Positions 24,247 to 31,660 of a stretch of 32,000 bases of DNA are shown in pieces (position 1 is the stretch's first letter; each line of letters starts with the position of its first letter). Origin of the DNA: Pengzhenrongella phosphoraccumulans (lineage in GTDB: Bacteria > Actinomycetota > Actinomycetes > Actinomycetales > Cellulomonadaceae). Location: positions 357,240 through 389,239 of the forward strand of contig NZ_CP144210.1 of the NCBI RefSeq assembly GCF_045689905.1. Reading direction: 5' to 3'. Both the position numbers and the translations under genes were made by a program. The notes beneath the pieces were generated by a model. It ran no database searches, was not told the DNA's origin, and saw only the letters and a list, made by a program, of their open reading frames with translations.

Positions 24247-25512
24247 GTGAAGAAGCGACTACTGGTGCTGGGAGCCGGCACCGCCGGCACGATGATCGTC
24301 AACAAGCTGCGACACCGCCTGAGCTCCGCCGAATGGAGCATCACGGTCGTCGACCGCGACGACGTCCACCCCTACCAGCCGGGCTACCTGTTCCTGCCGT
24401 TCGGCATGCTCGCCCCCGAACAGATCACGCGCTCACGGCACACGTTCCTGCCCGACGGGGTGGACTTCGTCATCGCCGACGTCGACCGCGTGGACGGCCC
24501 GGCGAGCACGGTGACCCTCACTGACGGGCGCACGCTGGAGTACGACTACCTCGTGATCGCGTCGGGCACGACGCCCCGGCCCGACCAGACCCCCGGGATG
24601 CTCGGGGACGAGTGGCAGCGCAGCATCTTCGACTTCTACACGTTCGAGGGGGCCCAGAAGCTGTCCGCGGCGCTCAAGTCGTTCGACCACGGCCGGCTCG
24701 TCGTGCACATCACCGACATGCCGATCAAGTGCCCGGTCGCCCCGCTCGAGCTGACGTTCCTCGCGGACGCGTGGCTGCGGGAGCGGGGCCTGCGGGACCG
24801 CGTCGAGATGGTCTACGTGACCCCGCTGCCCGGCGCGTTCACCAAGCCGATCGCCTCCGAGGCTCTGGGGTCGATGCTCGACGAGCGCAAGATCGTGGTC
24901 GAGCCCGACTTCCTCGTCGAGCACATCGACAACGAGCGCAAGACCCTGGTCTCGTACGACGAGCGCGAGGTGCCGTTCGACCTGCTGATCACGATCCCGC
25001 TCAACATGGGGGCCGACTTCGTGGCCCGGTCCGGGCTGGGCAACGAGCTCAACTACGTCCCGGTCGACAAGCAGACGCTGCAGTCCACCGCCCACCCGAA
25101 CATCTTCGCGGTCGGTGACGCGTCGGACATCCCGGCATCCAAGGCGGGCTCGGTCGCGCACTTCTCGGTCGAGATCTTCGTCGACAACTTCCTGCAGCTC
25201 ATCGCCGGCAAGCCGATGACGGGCTCATTCGACGGGCACGCGAACTGCTTCATCGAGACGGGGAACGGCAAGGGCCTGCTGATCGACTTCAACTACGAGA
25301 CCGAGCCCTTGACGGGCAAGTACCCGTTGCCGGTCGCCGGGCCGTTCGACCTCCTCAAGGAGACCCGGGCGAACCACCTCGGGAAGGTCGCGTTCCGCTG
25401 GATGTACTGGAACATGCTGCTCCCCGGCCGTCCGATCCCGCTGCCCGCGCACATGTCCATGGTCGGCAAGACGCCGGCGAACGGCACCGCCAAGAAGCTC
25501 GCCACCAAGTAG
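24247..25512 (+). CDS. SQR/FCSD-like FAD-dependent pyridine nucleotide-disulfide oxidoreductase
   Basis: GTG 24247 lies 6 nt after GAAGGAG. The N-terminal Rossmann motif is LLVLGAGTAGT. Only two Cys are present, in IKCPVAP and ANCFIETG, positions that resemble the redox Cys pair of sulfide:quinone reductases. GDASDIPASK is an FAD motif. The upstream ATG 24190 is rejected because GC3 is low there. Confidence 0.75.
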   Translation: MKKRLLVLGAGTAGTMIVNKLRHRLSSAEWSITVVDRDDVHPYQPGYLFLPFGMLAPEQITRSRHTFLPDGVDFVIADVDRVDGPASTVTLTDGRTLEYDYLVIASGTTPRPDQTPGMLGDEWQRSIFDFYTFEGAQKLSAALKSFDHGRLVVHITDMPIKCPVAPLELTFLADAWLRERGLRDRVEMVYVTPLPGAFTKPIASEALGSMLDERKIVVEPDFLVEHIDNERKTLVSYDEREVPFDLLITIPLNMGADFVARSGLGNELNYVPVDKQTLQSTAHPNIFAVGDASDIPASKAGSVAHFSVEIFVDNFLQLIAGKPMTGSFDGHANCFIETGNGKGLLIDFNYETEPLTGKYPLPVAGPFDLLKETRANHLGKVAFRWMYWNMLLPGRPIPLPAHMSMVGKTPANGTAKKLATK

Positions 25513-25527
25513 AGGAGTAAGACCACC

Positions 25528-25842
25528 ATGCCCGTGACCACGCTCAACGGCCACCAGATCCACGTCAACGACGAGGGCTTCCTCACCGACCCGAAGGAGT
25601 GGGACGAGGAGCTGGGCGACGTGCTCGCCGCTCAGATCGGCATCACCATGACCGACGAGCACTGGAAGGTCGTGCACTACCTGCGCGCGGACTTCGAGAC
25701 CCAGGGCGAGACGGCCACCCTGCGCCGTGTGTCCACCAACGGCGGCATCCCGGTCAAGGAGCTCTTCGCGCTGTTCCCGCAGAAGCCCGCCAAGAAGATG
25801 GCCTACATCGCGGGCCTGCCCAAGCCGGTGGGCTGCGTCTGA
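25528..25842 (+). CDS. TusE/DsrC-family sulfur-relay protein (single C-terminal Cys)
   Basis: GAGGAG RBS. 104 aa ending ...GLPKPVGCV, the family's penultimate-Cys tail. No second Cys lies about 10 residues upstream, so it is TusE-type rather than DsrC-type. Confidence 0.85.
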   Translation: MPVTTLNGHQIHVNDEGFLTDPKEWDEELGDVLAAQIGITMTDEHWKVVHYLRADFETQGETATLRRVSTNGGIPVKELFALFPQKPAKKMAYIAGLPKPVGCV

Positions 25843-25900
25843 CCACCCCCGCCCGCCACCCCGCCTGCCCCGCCAGTCCTTCTGAGAGGAAACGCTCGTC

Positions 25901-26413
25901 ATGACCACCAACACGGAACCGGCCATCGTCCCCAGCTTCGACACGAGCGCGAGCGAGGGTCGCAAGCTCGCCATCATCTGCTCCAAGGGGAACCTGGACA
26001 TGGCCTACCCGGCCCTGATCCTGGCGAACGCGGCCCTCGGCGAGGGCGTGGAGACCCACCTGTTCTTCACCTTCTGGGGCTTCGACATGATCAACAAGAA
26101 GACGATGGGCGATCTGAAGTTCACGATGCTCGGCAACACCGCCACGCACATGCCCCAGGGCCTGGGCGGGCTGCCGGGCATGACTGCCATGGCGACCTCG
26201 CGGCTGAAGAAGTCCATCGCCGACCTCGACGTCCCGGAGGTGCCCGAGTTCCTCGACCAGATCGTGGCCTCGGGCGGGCACCTGTGGGCCTGCCGGCTCT
26301 CGGCCGACATGAACCACCTGGAGGCGGCCGACCTCTACGACGACGTCGAGGGGATCATCAGCGCGAGCGACTTCATCGAGAAGACCGACGGCGCCCAGCT
26401 GATGTTCATCTAG
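25901..26413 (+). CDS. DsrE/DsrF-like family sulfurtransferase-like protein
   Basis: 170 aa with RKLAIICSKG, FFTFWGF and HLWACRLSADM, as in DsrE-like proteins found in cst/yrk-type sulfur clusters. Confidence 0.78.
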   Translation: MTTNTEPAIVPSFDTSASEGRKLAIICSKGNLDMAYPALILANAALGEGVETHLFFTFWGFDMINKKTMGDLKFTMLGNTATHMPQGLGGLPGMTAMATSRLKKSIADLDVPEVPEFLDQIVASGGHLWACRLSADMNHLEAADLYDDVEGIISASDFIEKTDGAQLMFI

Positions 26414-26434
26414 GTCCTCGACCTCCGCGCACCC

Positions 26435-26476
26435 GCGCCCGGCCCCCGGCACAGCACACCGCCGGGGACCGGGCGC
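26435..26476 (+). terminator. strong GC hairpin after the DsrE-like gene
   Basis: GCGCCCGGCCCCCGGC (26435-26450), a 10-nt loop, then GCCGGGGACCGGGCGC (26461-26476). The stem is 16 bp with one mismatch and starts 22 nt after the stop codon. Confidence 0.55.
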
Positions 26477-26546
26477 GCACCGCGTGCCGGGTCACACCCC
26501 GGGCGGGGCTGCACGGAAGCAGGTTCGTCATCAACTCGCCAGATAG

Positions 26547-26562
26547 ATACCCCCCGGGGTAT
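26547..26562. promoter_or_regulatory. CsoR/CstR-type operator ATACCCC-CC-GGGGTAT
   Basis: Perfect 7-bp inverted arms. It overlaps a TATAGT -10-like hexamer (26560-26565) that lies only 11 nt before the rhodanese ATG (26577). Confidence 0.65.
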
Positions 26563-26576
26563 AGTGACGGCGACGA

Positions 26577-26975
26577 ATGGAGCACACCTTGACCAACGCA
26601 TCCGCCCCCGAATCCACCCTCCTCGATCGGCTCCGCCGCCTGTTCGGCGGCACGCCGAGCGACGGCCGTCTCGGCTCGTCGGTCAACGCCGCACGCGCGC
26701 TCGAGCTGGTGAAGGACGGCGCGAGCCTGCTGGACGTGCGCGAGTCGAGCGAGTGGAAGTCGGGTCACGCCCCGCGCGCCCTGCACATCCCGCTGGGCCA
26801 GATCGACCAGGCCGCCCGCCGGCTGAAGAAGGACCGCCCGGTCGTCGTGGTGTGCGCGAGCGGGATGCGGTCGCGCACCGCGGCCAAGCACCTGCGGGGT
26901 CTCGGTTTCGAGGCCGCGAGCCTGTCGGGCGGCATGCCCGCGTGGCAGCGCGCCGGCGGGGAGGTCAAGCGATGA
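26577..26975 (+). CDS. single-domain rhodanese (sulfurtransferase)
   Basis: 132 aa with LLDVRESSEWKSGHAP, the active-site loop CASGMRS, and LSGGMPAW. Confidence 0.85.
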   Translation: MEHTLTNASAPESTLLDRLRRLFGGTPSDGRLGSSVNAARALELVKDGASLLDVRESSEWKSGHAPRALHIPLGQIDQAARRLKKDRPVVVVCASGMRSRTAAKHLRGLGFEAASLSGGMPAWQRAGGEVKR

Positions 26976-28764
26976 CCACGCCGACCGAGACCACGATCAT
27001 CACCGAGACCGACCCCTCGATCGAGGAGGGCCGACGCCGGATCGTCATCGTCGGAGGCGTCGCCGGGGGCATGAGCGCCGCGGCGCGGGCCCGCCGGCTC
27101 GACGAGCACGCCGAGATCATCGTGCTCGAGCAGGGCGACTACGTGTCCTTCGCGAACTGCGGCCTGCCGTACCACCTATCCGGGGAGATCACCCGGCGCG
27201 ATGCGCTGCTGCTGCACACCCCCGCCTCCCTGGCCGCCTCCTTGAACCTGGACGTCCGCACCGGAAACCGGGTCGTCGAGATCGCGCGCGGGGCGCAGGA
27301 GGTCGTCGTCCAGACGGCCGAGCGCACCTACCGCCTCGCCTACGACGCACTGCTGCTCGCGCCCGGCGCGGTCCCGGTGCGGCCGCCGATCACCGGCCTG
27401 GACCACCCCTCGGTGCACTCGCTGCGCACGGTTCCCGACGTCGATGCCCTGCGAGGAACCGTCGACGGCCTGCTCGCGGATCGTCCCGCCGGGCCCCCGC
27501 CCCGCGCGCGGTCGTCGTCGGCGCCGGCTTCATCGGGCTCGAGGCCGTCGAGGCGCTGGCCTCGCGCGGGCTCCAGGTCCACCTGGTGGAGCTCGCCGAT
27601 CACGTCCTGCCTCCCCTCGATGCGGAGCTGGCCCCGCTGCTCGCGGCCGAGCTCGCCCACCACGGGGTAGACCTGCGCCTGGGCGTCTCGGCCCAGTCCG
27701 TGTCCCCCGTCGAGCCTGCGGCCACCGAGTCGAGCGAGACCGGCCCGACCGGCGTCGTCACGGTCACCCTGTCCGACGGCGTGTCCCTCACCGCCGACCT
27801 CGTCATCGTCAACGTCGGGGTCCGCCCGGCGAGCACCCTCGCCCGGGAGGCCGGTCTCGACCTCGGGGCCACGGGCGCGATCGTCGTCGACGGCGACCAG
27901 CGCACCTCCGACTGGCGCATCTGGGCCGTCGGCGACGCGGTCGAGGTCACCCACGCAATCACGGGCACGACGGGACCGGTGCCGTTGGCCGGTCCGGCCA
28001 ACCGCCAGGGCCGACGCGCCGCCGACTCCATCTGCGGGCACGCCACCACTCCTCAGGCCGCCGTACTGGGCACCGCGATCGTGCGGGTGTTCGACCTCAC
28101 CGCGGCGACCACCGGCGCCAACCAGGTCACGCTGCACCGCGCGGGCATCGCCCACGAGGTCGTGCACCTGCACGCGGGTCATCACGCGGGGTACTTCCCC
28201 GGCGCCGAGACCGTGCACCTGGTCGCGAGCTTCGCGCCCGACGGCACGCTGCTCGGTGCCCAGGCGGTCGGCCGGGCGGGGGTGGACAAGCGCATCGACG
28301 TGCTCGCGACCGCGATCCGGGCGGGGATGACCGCCGATGACCTCGCCGAGCTCGAGCTCGCCTACGCCCCGCCGTACGGTTCCGCGAAGGACGTGGTGAA
28401 CATGCTCGGGTTCGTGGCCCAGAACGTCCTGGACGGGACGATGCCGCAGTGGCAGGCCTGGGACCTGGACAAGGTCATGGCGAACTCGCTGGTGCTCGAC
28501 GTGCGTTCGCGCGCCGAGTACGCCGAGGGGCACCTCGACGGCGCCCTCAACATCCCCCACCTCGAGCTGCGCGAGCGGCTCGAGGAGGTCCGGGCCGCAG
28601 CCGACGGTCGAGAGATCAGCGTGCACTGCGCGAGCGGCGTGCGGTCCTACCTCGCGACTCGCATCCTGATCGGCGAGGGCTTCGACGCCCGCAACCTCTC
28701 CGGCGGGTGGTTCACCCTTCAGGCGGTCCTCGCCGCATCGCGATCCCTCGTGGCCGTCGTGTGA
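26972..28764 (+). pseudogene. CoA-disulfide/persulfide reductase with C-terminal rhodanese domain (CoADR-RHD), interrupted by a 1-nt frameshift as assembled
   Basis: ATG 26972 overlaps the rhodanese stop (ATGA). The N-terminus reads IVIVGGVAGGMSAA and SFANCGLPY (redox Cys). After ..DGLLADRPAGP the conserved sequence (AVVVGAGFIGLEAVEALASRG...) continues in the -1 frame. The junction is in the C-runs at 27494-27503. The C-terminal rhodanese has CASGVRS, with the stop at 28764. One extra base would give about 597 aa. Confidence 0.85.
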
Positions 28765-28765
28765 G

Positions 28766-28802
28766 TAACTCCTACATTTGATCGGTTCCATTAACGGAGT
28801 TA
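28766..28802. promoter_or_regulatory. inverted repeat TAACTCC-N23-GGAGTTA in the fur upstream region
   Basis: A relatively AT-rich 48-nt intergenic region separates the CoADR stop from fur ATG 28813. Arms are at 28766-28772 and 28796-28802. Function is unclear (operator or weak terminator). Confidence 0.25.
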
Positions 28803-28812
28803 TCGTAGGCGC

Positions 28813-29256
28813 ATGATCACCTCGGCCGACCTCCTGCGCGACCGGCACCTTCGGGTGACGGCCGCGCGGGTGGCCGTGCTCGAGGTGCTTGCCGAACGGA
28901 GCCACCTCACCACCGACCAGGTGGCCACCGGGGTACGCGCCCGGATCGGCTCCGTCTCGACGCAGGCGAGCTATCACGTGCTCGACACCCTCGCCGCCGC
29001 CGGTCTGGTGCGCCGCATCGAGGTGGCCGGCAGCGCGGCGCGGTACGAGCGTCGCGTCGGAGACAACCACCATCACCTCGTGTGCCGCTCGTGCGGCGAG
29101 GTGTCCGACGTCGATTGCGCGACCGCGTCGGGCCCGTGCCTCACCACCACCGCGCCCGCGGGTTACGAGATCGACGAGGCCGAGGTCGTCTTCTGGGGCA
29201 CCTGCCCCCGCTGCCAGACGCCGTCGGCCCCCACCCCTATCACCACCAGGAGCTAG
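28813..29256 (+). CDS. Fur-family transcriptional regulator (probably peroxide-responsive, PerR/CatR/FurA-like)
   Basis: RVTAARVAVLEVL wHTH, the DNHHHLVCRSCGEV motif, and a second CPRC pair (structural Zn CxxC x2). It is tightly linked to dps. Confidence 0.8.
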   Translation: MITSADLLRDRHLRVTAARVAVLEVLAERSHLTTDQVATGVRARIGSVSTQASYHVLDTLAAAGLVRRIEVAGSAARYERRVGDNHHHLVCRSCGEVSDVDCATASGPCLTTTAPAGYEIDEAEVVFWGTCPRCQTPSAPTPITTRS

Positions 29257-29258
29257 AC

Positions 29259-29735
29259 ATGACCCAGCAGACGATCGACATCGGGATCCCCGCCGCCAAG
29301 CTCACGGACATCGTGGCGGGCCTGTCGAAGGTGCTCGCCGACTCGTACACGCTGTACCTGAAGACCCACAACTACCACTGGAACGTCGTCGGCCCGATGT
29401 TCCTGTCGCTGCACGCGATGTTCGAGGTCGAGTACACCGAGCTGGCCCTGGCGGTCGACGAAATTGCCGAGCGCATCCGCGCGCTGGGCGCCCCGGCCCC
29501 GGCGAGCTATCACCAGTTCGCCGCACTGACCGTCGTGCCCGAGGACACCGACCTCCCCGACGCGCAGGAGATGGTGCGCCGCCTGGTGTCGGCGCACGAA
29601 GCCACGGCGCGGACCATCCGTACGCTGATGCCGCTCGCCGAGGGGGCACCGGACCAGGTCACCGTCGACCTGCTCGTCCGACGCCTCGACGTCCACGAGA
29701 AGACCGCCTGGATGCTCCGCAGCATCCTCGCCTGA
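29259..29735 (+). CDS. dps: Dps-family DNA-protection / ferroxidase protein
   Basis: ATG lies 2 nt after the fur stop, with a CAGGAG RBS. Motifs YTLYLKTHNYHWNVVGPMFLSLHAMFEVEY and DEIAERIRALG are ferroxidase-centre motifs. Confidence 0.9.
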   Translation: MTQQTIDIGIPAAKLTDIVAGLSKVLADSYTLYLKTHNYHWNVVGPMFLSLHAMFEVEYTELALAVDEIAERIRALGAPAPASYHQFAALTVVPEDTDLPDAQEMVRRLVSAHEATARTIRTLMPLAEGAPDQVTVDLLVRRLDVHEKTAWMLRSILA

Positions 29736-29761
29736 GCGCTACATCCTCGTCTGAGCGCTAC
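29724..29761. repeat. 2 x 19-bp tandem duplication spanning the dps stop codon
   Basis: atcctcgcctgagcgctac (29724-29742) and atcctcgtctgagcgctac (29743-29761) differ at 1 position. Copy 1 holds the dps TGA. Copy 2 overlaps the stop of the convergent minus-strand gene. Confidence 0.9.
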
Positions 29762-30687
29762 GCAGCGCAGGTGCTCGCGTTCGTCAGTCGCTGACGCAGC
29801 CCGAACCCCGCGACGCCGACCGCCAGGATCGCGGTCGGCACGTCGTGGGGGGTCGAGGTCAGGACGGCGGCGGCGATGACCACGCTCAGCGCCGCGACCG
29901 ACGCGCAGGGCGTGCAGCCAAGGTCGAGCCGGCGACCGGCTCCCGGGAGCGGCAGGTAGGTCGCGAGCGTCGTCGCCGACGTCGCGGCGATCAGCGCGAC
30001 GAGCGCGGTCCACCCGCCCGGGATCGCCGTCGCCCGCCCGCCCGAGACCGCCACAAGCACGACCATCAGCGCCGGGGTCAGCGCGACGACGGCCGCGATC
30101 CGGCGCACCGGCCACAGCGCGCGCGCTCGGGCGAACCGCCGGCCCGACGAGGCTGGGCCGCTGCCGAGGTCGTCCTCGGGGCGCGCGGCACCCGCTGCTG
30201 CGAGCGCGTCCAGGACGGGAAGGTCCGGCCGGACCACCACGACACCATCGAGCTCTCGATCGGTCCGAGGCACCACATCACATCCTTCGTCGTCGTGCGG
30301 ACCTTCGTTGTCGTCGTTCGACTGGTCGCGGATCAACTGGTCGAGCGCATCCATCCCCCCGGCGAGGTAGCCGGCCCAGTCCGGCCCGGATCGACCGGCT
30401 GTGCCGGACTCACCGCGCCAGCGCGCGCCGACGCCGAGGAGGGCGGCGCGGACGTCGTCCGCCGCGACGTCCCCCGGGATCGACACCACGGCCTGGCGGG
30501 CCTCGAACAGAGCAGCAACCGCCCCTTCGTGGTATTTGGCTGCCGGGACGGACTCCCCCGCGCGGGACAGCGAGCACAACGAACGCCCGGCGGTGACGAC
30601 CCCCCAACGCTCGAGCGCGGCGCCCTCGCGTGCCCGGCACGACTCGATCGCCACGGTACGCACGGTCAACACCGGCTCGATTGCCAC
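29758..30687 (-). CDS. hypothetical protein with soluble acidic N-terminal part and C-terminal 3-4 TM domain carrying a CxxC
   Basis: GTG 30687 chosen to avoid overlap with the upstream gene (10-nt gap). The TM region (IAAVVALTPALMVVLVAV, WTALVALIAATSATTLATYL, GCTPCASVAALSVVIAAAVL, AILAVGVAGFGL) is clear. No family recognised, and the start is uncertain. Confidence 0.45.
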   Translation of the reverse strand: MAIEPVLTVRTVAIESCRAREGAALERWGVVTAGRSLCSLSRAGESVPAAKYHEGAVAALFEARQAVVSIPGDVAADDVRAALLGVGARWRGESGTAGRSGPDWAGYLAGGMDALDQLIRDQSNDDNEGPHDDEGCDVVPRTDRELDGVVVVRPDLPVLDALAAAGAARPEDDLGSGPASSGRRFARARALWPVRRIAAVVALTPALMVVLVAVSGGRATAIPGGWTALVALIAATSATTLATYLPLPGAGRRLDLGCTPCASVAALSVVIAAAVLTSTPHDVPTAILAVGVAGFGLRQRLTNASTCAA

Positions 30688-30697
30688 CCGCTCGGTC

Positions 30698-31306
30698 CTA
30701 GTCAGTGCGGTACACCTCGACGACAGCATCGAGCGCCGTGGCCGACCCGACAGGGCGTTCGCGCCGTTCGGCCCGACGGACCTCGAGCCCGCCGAGCCCG
30801 GCGAGGTCGGCTACGACGTCCGCCGCGGTGAAGAGGATGGCGGGGTCGGTCGGGCCGCCTACGCCCTCGGCGGGGTTGGTGGAGTCGTGCCCGACGACGA
30901 GCAGGAGGCCGCCGACCGCCACCGCGGCAGCGGCAACCCGCACGAGCTCGCGCCGCTGGGCCGCCGGGAGGTGGACGTACATCACGACCACGGCGCCGCT
31001 GGAGCGCGGCTCCGGGACGTGGTGCAGCAGGTCCGCGCGCACCCACGTCACGCGCCCGACCGTCTCGGGGGCGTGCGCCGCCTGGACCGCCTGACCCTTG
31101 CGGATCGCTTCGCGGGAGAAGTCGACCGCCGTGACGTCCCAGCCCCGGCGGGCGAGCCACAGGGTGTTGCGCCCCTCCCCCGCCCCGAGGTCGAGCGCTA
31201 CCCCGGGTGGCCGATCCGCCAGGGCCTCGACCAACCATCGGTTGGGCTCTGGGGTCCAGATGAGTTCATCCGTCGCGTAGCGCACGTCCCAGGCGGCTGC
31301 ATCCAT
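30698..31306 (-). CDS. class I SAM-dependent methyltransferase (TehB/thiopurine-MT-like small-molecule type)
   Basis: Motif I is ALDLGAGEGRNTLWLARRGWDVTAVDFS. Post-I and later motifs are present. 202 aa. Confidence 0.78.
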   Translation of the reverse strand: MDAAAWDVRYATDELIWTPEPNRWLVEALADRPPGVALDLGAGEGRNTLWLARRGWDVTAVDFSREAIRKGQAVQAAHAPETVGRVTWVRADLLHHVPEPRSSGAVVVMYVHLPAAQRRELVRVAAAAVAVGGLLLVVGHDSTNPAEGVGGPTDPAILFTAADVVADLAGLGGLEVRRAERRERPVGSATALDAVVEVYRTD

Positions 31307-31318
31307 GGTCGTGACCTT

Positions 31319-31660
<342 letters not shown>

